The position numbers were made by a program, and so were the translations under genes. From assembly GCF_009914755.1 (NCBI RefSeq), contig NC_060939.1: 64,000 nt of DNA. The stretch is one strand, 5' to 3'. Source of the DNA: the human T2T-CHM13v2.0 reference genome, Homo sapiens. Of this stretch, positions 1 to 23,020 are shown in pieces (position 1 is the first letter of the stretch; every line of letters starts with the position of its first letter). The notes under the pieces were generated by a model. That model ran no database searches. It saw nothing but the letters and a program-made list of their open reading frames with translations, and was not told the DNA's origin.

Positions 1-230
1 CACGGCAAAACTCTGTCTCAACTAAAAATTCAAAAATTAGCCAGGGGCGCAGTGGCTCATGCCTGTAACCCCAGACACTCGAGAGACTGAGGCATGAGAA
101 TTGCTTGAACCAGGAGGCAGAGGTTGCCGTGAGCCGAGATCACACCACGGCACTCCAGCCTGGGCAACAGACCAAGACTCTGTCAAAAAACAAAACAAAA
201 CAAAACAAAACAACAACCACAACAACAAAA
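1..230 (+). mobile_element. Alu (partial at window edge) with (CAAAA)n tail
   Basis: Alu right-arm consensus plus A-rich tail. Confidence 0.9.
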
Positions 231-253
231 CAGTAATAAAGAGAAAACCTAAT

Positions 254-500
254 GGACAGGAGCAATGTCTCGTGCCTGTAATCCCAGTGCTTTCGGAGGC
301 CAAGATGGGAGAATTGCTTGAGGCCAGGAGTTCAAGACTAGCATTGGCAACATAGTAAGACCTTTTCTCTACAAAAAAATTTAAAAATTAGCCAGGCATA
401 GTAGTGCATGCTTATACTCCCAGCTACCTGGGAGGCTGAGGTGGGAGGATCACTTGAGCCTAAGAGTTGGAGGTTGCAGTAAGCTGTGATCATACCACCA
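254..500 (+). mobile_element. AluJ-like, 3'-truncated
   Basis: Alu dimer motifs, divergent from consensus. Confidence 0.85.
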
Positions 501-1077
501 GAGAGCCACGACCCCATCCCCGCCTCCTTCCTCTGTCCTACGCTAGCAATAAATAAGTTTCCCAGCCACAAATAATTATTAGAACCTCCTCCCCATGTGA
601 CAGCTCCAACCTCTGCTAGGTATGATACAGGGGCAGCCCTACCCTCTGGAATATACAAAATGTTACACAGACACAGTATGTACACCGGGGAAGGTGGGCC
701 ACCCCAGCAGCCCATGCCCTCGCTGGTCCACAGTTAGCCCCACTTTCTGGCCTCAGCTACCTCTCTGAATAAGAAGATGGGAGCCCCCCTGAGGGAAAAG
801 TTGCTATGGTGAGAGTAAGGGGGACATCAGGCCTCCTCCAAACAAACCAACTCCACCAGCCTCTGGCTCTTAAATAACAATCATCATCATCCAGAAATTT
901 AGGGACTCAGCCCTGGTCAGGGTGGCAAAGGGTCTGTTTGTCTTTCCCCATTAGACAGAGGTCTTGTCCTGCTACCCTAATTGTAAAGGGGTGCCTGGGA
1001 AGGGGTGGTAGGGACATGGTGGCGGTGGAGACTCCGGCCCCACTTCTCCAGGCTTTGCTGACAGGGGCCTGCTTTTA
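500..1077 (-). other. Displaced ancestral GOLGA2 3' UTR remnant
   Basis: Minus strand from 1077 reads TAAAAGCAGGCCCCTGTCAGCAAAGCCTGGAGAAGTGGGGCCGG, matching my recollection of the GOLGA2 stop codon and 3' UTR start; GC-rich, unlike the adjacent insert. Confidence 0.6.
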
Positions 1078-4000
1078 ATTTTTATTTTTATTCCATGACT
1101 TTTTAAAAAAGAATCCCGTAACTTCTTTTTCATAACTTTTTTTGTAACTTTTCATAATACTGTTTTCTACTTTGTTCCCACAAGTTTTTTTGCCACAACG
1201 TTTTTACATTTTTTATCCCATAACTTTTTCACCCCATAACTTTTTTAAATAAAGTTATTTAATAAAATAACTTTTTATAAAACTTTAATAAAAGTTTTTT
1301 AATTAACCCATAACTTTTTTATTTTGGTTTTTAATAAACACTTGCATAGTTATATTACAACTTTGTAAAAATGAAACACATTATCTCATGCCAAGCATGC
1401 CCAGCATTTGCACAGTATCAATACCTTTAATACTATAGTTTTCAAGAAACGCAAAATAAAATTTTAAGGCAAAAACAACACATTCAAACAACTTAATAAT
1501 TTATTACATTACAGTGGCATCACACCAGCAGTCAATAAGGCCACTCTAGGGAAAAATCTTTCAGTATTTCCATTACACATTCTGTTTATAATAATTCATA
1601 AACTGGTAAAATTCATTCTAAGAAAACTTGGCAAATAAAACTTTGGACTGGAATTGGCATTTCTTTCTCTGCTTTTCGTTCCCACTGTTTCTTTCTTTTA
1701 TACTACAGTATTCATATTTTAAAATGTTTTAAATTATTTCAGAACATTAAGATAGCAGTTACATATTTTAATAGTTATATTATTTTAAAACAACTCTTTA
1801 AAGTTTTAGAGAAACTATATTATGGATAGGGCTGATTTACATTTTCAAATTTTCTAAAATCAGCTTTGGTTTTAGAGCTGATTTTTTTTTTCATTTCTGG
1901 AAAATTATCAGGTTGAATCAAATACTTTTAAAATGATTATTATATATTGCCATCTTTAAATAGGTATTTTGATTCTTCCTACAGAAATTAAAATGTATTC
2001 AGTGGAACTCACAGTTTAAAATTCTGTGTTTCTGATGAACTCTAACATTCCAATGTTGCCTTCTAAGCAAACTGAAAGCTGCCTTATACAGAATGAGGAA
2101 GAGCACAAATACTCGGCTGAATGAGGTATCGCAAAAGACTGCATGCACTTTGGAGAAAGACTTGAGTTATTGTCATACAATTTCCATTCTTTTTAGCTTT
2201 TTCTTAAATATATGACAAATACCTATACAAAGAGTGGTATTTCAGTCAATATAGTAAATTTATTTTCCAGACTGACCTTCAGCTTAAATATGCCAGTGTG
2301 TGATTTAATCCATAGGCACCTCATGAACACATTATTGTCAGATTGGTTACAGATGCTAAACGCTATCCGAAGGTCATTCCTAGTCACTGATATTTATCAG
2401 GGTAAAAGTGAAGTGATTTCAACGATAAAAGTACCTTTGCAATAATTTATCAATGTATTAGATAAACCCAGTTTCAGAATGATAAAAGAAAAAACGTTAG
2501 ACCAAATAATGTGGCTGATTAACAGTGGTCCGATTTCTAGCCCGAGGGTTTAAAATGCTCTTAAAGTAACTGTCTTTAAACTGAACTCAAAGAATGCAAA
2601 AGCGGCAAGTTCAGAAAATAAAAGGCGAGAACAGGACTTTAAGTGCATTTTAAACCCACGGGCTACAAATCGTACCACTGTTAATTAGCCGCATTATTTG
2701 GTCTAAGATTTTTTCTTTATCATTCTGAAACTGGGTTTATCTAATACATTGATACATTCATAAAATTTGGAAGAGTCAGTGGAAGTCACAAGGACCGAAT
2801 ATTTGCACTCTTTCAGTGAATGCCAGCAAATCTGTTATTCCATCGGTAAAATCGTACTGTTGCTCTCCTGTTAATGTCATATTTATAGAAGTATCATGAG
2901 GATGCCAAATGCTAAAAATGGAGATGATCTAGTAACTAGAAATCCCCACCGCAGGGAGCACACACACCTATCTCCCTGCATCCTAACAATGTGATGTGTT
3001 TTGGAACACAGACATTAGAACTTCATGAAGTTTTAACTGTTGAGTCTTTCCCAAGCATCATCAAGTTACGATTTAGGCAATATATAACTGAAATGCATTC
3101 ATTCATCATGCATAGGCACAATCACATAAATATTGCACAAAATATGTCCCGAACAGAAACCCAGAGGTACAAAAACATATTTCACTTTGTAAAGAAGTCT
3201 GTGAGAAAATATAACTCTGTGATTGTATAGACACGTTTCCTGATAATACATTGACATTCACGAACAGTAGATTGCACTGCAGTTTGTACACATTTTAAGT
3301 TTCATAAACTTCTCCTTGATTTTCAAAGATAGTATAATACCGTCTACTAAAACTCCTTTTTGTTTCAACTAAGTATCTCACATATATTAGTTTATAATAA
3401 TGTTTCTATTATTTTTTAAAGTGTTTTCCATTCAAGGAAAAAGAAGTAAATTCCTATGTCAGAGTAACCAAGGTGGTTGAAGAATAGGTATTAGCCAAAG
3501 AGGTCTAGATGGTAAAATCAATCTTCAAGCCTCAAAGAATACGTGAACAGAGAGGAATGCCAGGTGTCACACAGCTTTCCTTCACTCTAATTCATTCTTG
3601 ACTAGAGCCTGTATGCCTGTTCCAGGGACGTTTGAACTCATAAAGGATTTCTTATGATCTTCACTAAATACATTAAGAAGAATGCCAACCAGTGTCCTTT
3701 TGTGTACTGGGACATGTAGTCATGCGATTAAAACAGGTAACATGAACTCTGACTTTAAAATGTATTGTAGATACAAATGCTCTAAGCTAGGAAAGGTTTT
3801 CCACATCCACAGTCAACGATGGGAACCTTTCATTCCTCAGAAATAAGCCCTTTTTAGGTCATCGAAAAAGAGTACAACTGCTGCAGCTCATGATGCAGTA
3901 TCTTCATGAGCCCAGAGCACATACAAATCCTAAGGGCACCACCATAATACACCGCTAATTCCTGGCACCGGAACAGATGAAACACACTCTATCCTGCACA

Positions 4001-4665
4001 TACCTGCCAGAGGAAGCCACTTTCCTCTTCTGTGAGATTTAAAAAGCTCCCCCAAAAGGTTTCACTCCCATCACCAATACACAGAAAATGGAGGAAAGGC
4101 TGTTTCCAGTTCTTGGCCTTTAAACAACTCTAAATGTCAGTACTCATAGTGGCATATTACAAAGTAATAAACAGTGCACACTTGGGGGCAAACTACATAT
4201 TGAGCTAACGAAGAGCTCACTGTGATTAAGATTAGATCAAACAACAGCAGAACATAGGCAAATTTTGTCTGAATTCTGTAGTGAATATACATGCTGCAAT
4301 AACATTAAAAAAGCATGGCAGCCTATTCCAAACCAGCGAGAACAGTTTTGGGCAAAGAGTGGGTCTTTGTGTGTTTGAACTTCCACCACGTAAGGGCAAA
4401 CTCGATATGCATGCTAATGACCTACAATTATGAAATTAAAAAAGAAAAATGCTAAAGGATGCCAGAGTGAACATCAGTGAGAGCCACAGACACCCACTCT
4501 CTTTTAACTTTTTACAAATAAACTTAAAACTATAAATTAGAAACACAAATAATCATGAGTGACTCTAACATTCAAAGGAAGTAAATGAATTGTGTAGGAG
4601 ATTAACCCCATAACTTGGTTTCTTATTTAAAAATTTCTTGAGCAGCTCTTTGAGGATGGTGATGT
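1078..4665 (-). other. GOLGA8 3' UTR: AT-rich inserted 'chromosome 15 core element' (reported as ITSN2 3'UTR-derived)
   Basis: Repeat-free AT-rich ~3.5 kb block directly after the GOLGA8 stop, ending in an A-rich degenerate tail on the minus strand (1080-1332). The ITSN2 origin is recalled from published chr15 duplication analysis and was not verified by alignment. Confidence 0.65.
1080..1332. repeat. Degenerate (CCATAACTTTTT)n-like low-complexity minisatellite
   Basis: Repeated cataactttt / taacttttt units are visible directly. Confidence 0.75.
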
Positions 4666-15035
<10,370 letters not shown>

Positions 15036-15099
15036 CGCAGGGTGGGGAGGGAGGCAGGGTTGGGGCCACAGCAGCAAAATCGCAATGAGAACCGATCAA

Positions 15100-15330
15100 G
15101 GCCTCCAGTCACCTTCCAGGCAGCTGTGTGACTGAGCCAGAGGAGGCGTAACCAGGGCCCCAGTAGAATGCGGAATAGGGGTGTGGCCTTAATGCTCCAA
15201 GCCCATTGGTCAATGAGAAAGATGAAAGGGAAAGGGGGCGTGGCCAGACAGCAGCGTGTCCAGAGGGCCCTGTGGCTCACAAGGAAAGCTGCCCATGCGA
15301 CCGCTCTCCGCACCCACTCTAAGAGAGGGG
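15100..15330 (-). promoter_or_regulatory. Putative GOLGA8 proximal promoter (GC boxes, CCAAT box)
   Basis: GGGGTGTGGC near 15178, ATTGG near 15205 and GGGGCGTGG near 15235, in a GC-rich block upstream of the ATG exon. Confidence 0.5.
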
Positions 15331-15768
15331 AGAGGCCTCCCACTCTGGAAGAGAAGAGGGGCCAGCTTTTGCTTTAACAGCTTTAAAACTTTAAAAAATA
15401 TATGTGTGTATACTTTATATATATGTGTGTCCGTGTGTGCGTATCTATGTTTTTCTCCATAGCTGTCTTCATTATCCAGCTTCTATGCAAGGTCTATGAT
15501 TTTGGCCTACATTTTTCATCTTTGATTACAGTACAAAAATTACCAGTATTATCTTAACTGAGATACAGATCCTATAAAAATGGAAAATGCATAGCATGCT
15601 TGATGATTAATGAAGCAGACTATATTATCCAACATTCTAATAAGATAAAATAATCACAATGATTTCTCTTTTTTGGAAAAATGTTTCTCTTATTCTCCTA
15701 TGTTTTCGTTAAGATTTTTTTTCTTAAACAAGAAACATGTCTAATATCTGTAAAAACACAAAGCTTTT

Positions 15769-16090
<322 letters not shown>

Positions 16091-16526
16091 ATTAATAGTA
16101 AGAGCAATGTGAACAAAAGATGCAATAAAATAATTTAGAAAATACAAGCTATTAAAAAATAGATTTTAAAACTTGTGCAACAAAGTCAAACAGCACCCAA
16201 CGAAAATGTATACCCTTACATGTTTGTTTAAAAAGCAATTTAAATTACATTGATCCACTAAACTAGGAAAAGCAAAGCAAACAAAAAGGGAGAAATAATT
16301 AAGACGTCAGGAAAAAGGAAAAAGAAAAACCACTAGATTTAAAAAACAAAACTGAAGGAGGATTCTTTCAAAAGACTGAGATAATAAAACAGTCAAGCCT
16401 CTGATAAGTAATCAAGATAAAGAAAACTTTGAAGAGAAAAGGGCATATAGCCACATGTGAATATGATGCAAAAAGTGAAAACTTTACACATCTTTACAAC
16501 ACCTTAGAAGTATGGATGACATGTTC

Positions 16527-16833
16527 TTTTTTTTTTTTTTTTTTTTTGAGACGGAGTCTTGCTCTGTCACCCACGCTGGAGTGCAGTGGCGTGATCTTGG
16601 CTCACTTGCAAGCTCCACCTCCCGGGTTCACAACATTCTCCTGCCTCAACCTCCCGAGTAGCTGTGACTACAGGCGCCCGCCACCACGCCTGGCTAATTT
16701 TTTGTATTTTGGCTTAGTAGAGACGGGGTTTCACCATGTTAGCCAGGATGGTCTCGATCTCCTGACCTCGTGATCCACCCGCCTCGGCCTCCCAAAGTGC
16801 TGGGATTACAGGCATGAGCCATCGCACCCGGCC
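16527..16833 (-). mobile_element. AluY
   Basis: Antisense full-length Alu with long T tract. Confidence 0.92.
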
Positions 16834-16963
16834 AAAGTGTTCATTTTTTTTTAAGAACCTACAGTTACGAAAACTAACTGAAGAAGTGGGAAATCTGGAG
16901 ACCAATATGCAGAAGAAGGAAAAAGACAAAGACTCATCCCCCAAATTGGGTATTTATTTAAAC

Positions 16964-17180
16964 CAGAATTTGTCAGCCTCAGCAATATTGATATATTGGG
17001 CCAGATAATTCTTTGTGGAGGGTTCTCCTGGTGTGTTGTCGGGCATTTAGTAACATTCCGTCTACCCACAGAATGCCAATAAGACCTCCCGACCATGACC
17101 AGTGGTGACCACAAAAATGTCTCCAGATATTTCCAAACGTCCCATAGGAGGCAAAATACTCCTGCAGGTGAAAATTACTG
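16964..17180 (-). mobile_element. MER20 (hAT-Charlie) DNA transposon
   Basis: GGGCCAGATAATTCTTTGT...CAAAAATGTCTCCAGA matches the MER20 reverse complement; CAG...CTG termini. Confidence 0.8.
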
Positions 17181-18098
17181 TGTAAACCAGATCTACATCC
17201 TAGATCTTAGAAAAAAGATGTAAAGCTTCCCAACTCAGCCCTGCATACCCTTGATACTGAAATGAAATAACAGCCTTAAAGGAAACAAACAAAACTATAA
17301 TCTTATTTAATACAGAAGTAAAAATACAAAAATAAAATATTACCATAGCCATTCTAACAGTGTTTACTATAGGAATGCAAAGATAATTCAAAATTAGGAA
17401 AATTTCATCAGGCAATTCACAAATTATATTTCTACATATAATTGAAGGCACAATCATGAAAAACAAAGTAGCTCTATATGCATTAAGTTGATGATCTATT
17501 CAGTGAAAAACACAAGTTGCACATGTCTTACAGAAGGAAAACTTAACACTGAACAAAGATTCTCACCATCTGCTCTTTGTCCTGAGGCTCCAATAGAAAT
17601 ACAGTGAAGAATAAACATTGTATAAGCACACAATTACAAAAAAGGAATGGGGTTACCAACAGAAGAGAATTCATCTTCATTAGACAATGACAGTACATGG
17701 AAAATGGTTAATTCATGGAGCAAAGCAACAAAGGTGGAGGTCAGGGGGATACTGAGAACAAGGAGGCTAATCTGTCCCACAGCAACCTGGAAAGGTTCTA
17801 GACCCAGACACGAGGTACCCCCGACAGTGGGACTGATAGGCAAGACTGAAAACAGAGATTAAGCAAAAGCCCGGATAGAGAACACATTTCACAGGCCCTG
17901 AAACACACTGCTGGCCCCATCTCCTTGAACAGAACCCAAGCAAACGTATCTACCTCAGGCAAGAGAATGTAGATTTTACATCCAGAGGAATGGAGTAGTC
18001 ATCCAGCCATCATTTAAGATTGCAACAGGAGATAAGATAGAGGGATGGAGGATAACAATTAGGAATCAGCATACATTCCCCTTAAAGCTATCAGTTGA

Positions 18099-18815
<717 letters not shown>

Positions 18816-19049
18816 AAGACAACAAATGATAAGCAACATAGAATAGATATTTAAGGAAAGGCTTTAAAAAGAAAAATAAGACCAAAATAAACTAAGAAAA
18901 AAATTATTAAAGAACAAGGAGATGCCAGGGAGAAGACAAAGAGTATCAAAATCACTTCATAAAGACACTTGTGAATATATTACATGTATAAAACAAAACA
19001 ATATGAATAAGAAATAATCAGAGAACAAAAAGTTCTTAGAACTCATGCT

Positions 19050-19580
19050 TCATCCTGGGAGTTGGTCTCCAATGAGCCATACCTCCTGTCATCATGTCCT
19101 TAGACAGGCCCATCCCATAGTCAATCTGGGTTGGCCCCAACACTCACTTTAACCTATAGCATGTGGTAGAAATGACACTGGACCTGTTCCAGGTCTAAGC
19201 CTTAAGAACTCCTGGCAGCTCCATTTCTGTGCTTCTGGAAGCCAAAAATAAGAATTGGCTACCTTCTTGGAGAAAGAAAAGCCACATGAAGAGATCCAAG
19301 AGGATGAGATGCTATGCAGAGAGAAAGGCCACACCAAGAATTACCAAGGCAGCAGACCTGTGGGTGAAGAAGCCGTCTCAGACATTCCACTGCAGCTGAG
19401 CATCCAGATGACCAGTCCCTGACACTGTTTAACCACACAGTGAGAGCTGCCAAATGAGACCAGCAGAAAAACTGTCCAGCTAGCCCCAGTTAATCAATAC
19501 AGTAGTGACAGATAGACATATGTGTAGTTTTACGCCATTAAGTTTTGGGATAATTGGTTAAGCAACAATAAATAACCAAA
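19050..19580 (+). mobile_element. MLT1-type MaLR LTR (old)
   Basis: Ends AAGTTTTGGGATAATTGGTTAAGCAACAATAAATAAC, a typical MLT1 3' end. Confidence 0.65.
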
Positions 19581-19599
19581 ACAAAACTTAAAGTTATGA

Positions 19600-20100
19600 C
19601 AGTCCAAATAAAATTTCCTGAAAGTCAAAAGATAAGAAAATATTCCAGAACTTAAAATTTTAAAAAATTTAGAAATAACGTGAGATACAACACTCAGGAC
19701 AAGAGGTCTAAAATCCAATTAACAGACACTTCAAAATGAACAAATAAAATGGAAAAGAGAAAGTTAACAACAAAATATGACAAGATTCAAGACTCCAACT
19801 TTGAAAGAGCCTATCCATTGGCCTGTTCATTTGGTGTACCCAGCATAATGAATGAAAAAAGACCCACACTAAGTACACTGTTGTGCTATTTCAGCTCACC
19901 AAGGAAAAGACAAACTCCTAAAAGCTTCCAGAGAGAAAGTAATGCATAAACAAGTGAAACTCATGATGGCATGAGGCTTCACCACCACGACTGGTTAGAA
20001 GACAACAGCACAGACTTTGAAATTCTAAGGTAAAATTATCCTCAACCTAGAAATACATAATCAAGCAAACTATCAATCAAGTGTGAGGGTAGAATATGAG
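19600..20100 (+). mobile_element. Old L1M ORF1-region fragment
   Basis: CAACCTAGAAATAC...AAACTATCAATCAAGTGTGAGGGTAGAATA is L1 ORF1-like; A-rich. Confidence 0.55.
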
Positions 20101-20185
20101 AGACGTGAATACCGATGGGGATGTGATATGCAGCAGGCACTGTTCTAAATGGTTTACATGTACCAACCCAATTAAGAAACTTAAA

Positions 20186-20186
<1 letters not shown>

Positions 20187-20218
<32 letters not shown>
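20187..20218. repeat. (CA)n microsatellite
   Basis: Visible directly. Confidence 0.95.
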
Positions 20219-20223
<5 letters not shown>

Positions 20224-21379
20224 TCCTGCTAATCATTTTACGATGAAACAACCAAGCAGCTAACCCAGAGCCCACAAAGGCAGAGTAAAAATTCTAACAC
20301 TTGGTAAAATAAAAATGGACATATACACCCTGTGATCTAAAAAAAAATGCTTAAATATTCAAAGACAGAGAGCAATTACAGCTACTGAGAACATCACTGT
20401 AAGCAAACTGAGGCAGAGAAAACAAAGGTGCTAATGAGGATTTGAACCACCTAACATGCAGAAACCCACTGGATGCTTTCCTAGGTTCCGAGCTGGCATT
20501 GTCTTTCAGAATGATCTAGAAGAGGTCACATGACACTGTTACAAAGGATCTGGAGAAAGGGACCCTTGCTTTATCACTCCGGCTCTCCAGTCATGCTTCA
20601 CATTTTCGCTTCTTACACTCTTTCACATGAAGTCAATTTACAGACCTCCGTCATGCCCCTAGAGACCTTTTTGTAATATTCTGACAAGTTCTGGATGTCA
20701 TCTCTGCACTTTTGACAAATTCTTAGCAGTTAACTTACAAGACAGTTAACATTTTTGTTCACAGTATAGCTAGAAAAGGGTCATATACTCAATAAAACAA
20801 ATATTTACCAAGCATTCATTAAGTGGAAGATAAAACGCACAAAGCATAATTATAAAATATTCTCCCCTGCCATGATACAACAAAATTTTTAAAGGCTTAC
20901 AGAATATAGCATAACATGACCAAAGCAAAAATAGTAAGGACTAAAGAGGGGAGGAAGGGAAAATATCAGCATGAACTGAATATGACCCAGAAGAGTCTTG
21001 ATGGTCAGACATCTAAAGATGTATTGGGCAGGGTTAAGGGGTGGAAGTCAGGGGCACAGGTCAGGGGCACATTCTACAAGGGAAAAACAGCTGATACAGA
21101 AGCCTGAAAGGTAAAGTGGGCAGAGCACCTGTACAGGACTCTTACCTGCCACAGCGAGGGCACAATGCGCCTTTCCAGAACACAGCAGCGCACAGCCAGG
21201 CCTGGGGCAGAGGGATCACTCAAACAGCACCAGAGGCTGCATTCCTACTTTTCTTCCGTCAACAAGTCCATTTTCATTGTTAGTTTCTCCTTCAACACAA
21301 ACTTAAAAACAAATGGCTGAACACGCAGGAACAAGGAAAACCTGACTGAAGAATGAGACGTTAAAACTTAAGGGCCTTA

Positions 21380-21685
21380 GGTCCTGGCACGGTGGCTCAC
21401 GCCTGGAATCCCAGCATTTTGGGAGGCAGAGGTGGGTCATTTGAGGTCAGGAGTTCAAGACCAGCCTGGCCAACACGGTGAAACCCCGTCTCTACTAAAA
21501 ACACAAAAGCTAGCCAGGCGTGGTGGCCAGTGCCTGTAATTTCAGCTACTCGGGAGGCTGAGGCAGGAGAATCACTTTAACCAGTGGACTGTCAAGAGAG
21601 GTAGGCTGCAGTGAACCGAGATCGCGCCACTGCACTCCAGCCTGGGCTACACAGTGAAACTCTGTCTCAAAAAAAAAAAAAAAAA
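21380..21685 (+). mobile_element. AluS
   Basis: Full dimer with poly-A tail. Confidence 0.9.
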
Positions 21686-22451
21686 GTCATGGTCATGGTA
21701 AAAAACCTATGGCTTTGGAAGGCTTTCTCGGTAACGTCCTAGAATTAAGGTTAAGCCTGTGTTTCATGTTAACTGAACAGGAAACCAGCCTGACCAACAT
21801 CCTTCTGCCCGGTGGCTTGCTCTCAGCTCCTCTTCGTTGGGCCTTGGGCAGCCAGACTGTCTAGTTTTAATCCTTGCTCTGCCACCTGTGACCTTGGACA
21901 AGTTACCTACCTTCAGTTACCTCATCTACAAAATGCAGATATTAATAATACCCTCTTTTCAATTTATTCAGAGGATTAAAAGAGTTAATAAAAAGTAAAA
22001 AATAAAAAGACTTGGTAAGCATAGGCACAGAGGAAAAAAAAGTAAAAATAAATAATTAAATAAAAAGACCAGTGCCTAGCACATAAAAGTTCATCAGGAA
22101 TTAATTCTATAATATGAACTCAATTTTGCAAAACTTCAAAGTACATATAACTTTTAACTTACTAGGGTATACATACCAGTAATAAATTTACAACGGTAGA
22201 CATGTTTGCCTACTGTAAATATAACAAAGACTAAACAAGCAGATACTAAATCATTAAGCAATTATCAGTTAGTATCTTTAATTTTCTTATACTTCTATAT
22301 TTTCTATACATCATCTTTGTAACAAGAAGAAAACAAACCAAATGAAAATGAAATGAATTCTCTCAAAAAGAATTAAGTCAAGACAGGAAGAAGGCTCGCA
22401 AAGTAATATAAAATATATCTTATGGTTTATGTAAAATTCTTAATAAAATAC

Positions 22452-23020
22452 CTTCTTTGCTCCAAGCTGCACTCTGGCTTTGCCTTTGAGTCAGGTGGCA
22501 TTTCTTTGCACGATGACTGGTTCTATTGAGTAGGCACTGCTTCAGCCCTACAGGAAGAACAAAACCTCTCTGGAACACAGCAGCATTCCTGACTCCCACT
22601 TGAGGAGGCCTAACAAAACGGCATATGCCTCAACAGCAGCACATCAGTGTTAAAAAGTCTGGAGTCAAGGGGAAAAAGTAAAATTGGACCATTTCCAGAA
22701 TCTCACAAAAAGCAACAAACTGACGTTCTAAGTGCCCAACATGAGCAAATTAGAACCTTAAATAAAGGTCACTCTTAATGCCTATCCCGGCATAGATTCA
22801 GCACCAAGTACAGTGTCATTTTACTGGTTTACCTTTTTCATTCTTGAAAGTAGGAGCTATGAAAAAAAAACACTAAAATTTCTCTAAGAGAACCTTCTAC
22901 TTTCTATCTAAATTACATAATCAAAACACTGTATTGAGGGTGAAAATTGAATATTATAAGAAAATAATCACGTGTTTTGCGAGAAGTTGCAAATATAATG
23001 CTCCTCCACCCAATACCTAC
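22452..23020 (-). pseudogene. UBE2Q2P: Unprocessed UBE2Q2 pseudogene fragment (two exons)
   Basis: Exon 22972-23020 G*VLGGGALYLQLLAKH (UBE2Q2: GYVLGGGALCMELLTKQ) and exon 22452-22547 G*SSAYSIEPVIVQRNAT*LKGKARVQLGAKK (UBE2Q2: [32 protein letters not shown]); AG/GT flanks retained; in-frame stops. Confidence 0.9.

Noticed and set aside
500-1077. DNM1 pseudogene, often found beside GOLGA copies
   Set aside because: No dynamin coding exon recognised; the block fits the GOLGA2 3' UTR better.
22452-22547. ULK4-like motif LKQCLL in an alternate frame
   Set aside because: Six-residue coincidence; the full 32-codon exon matches UBE2Q2.
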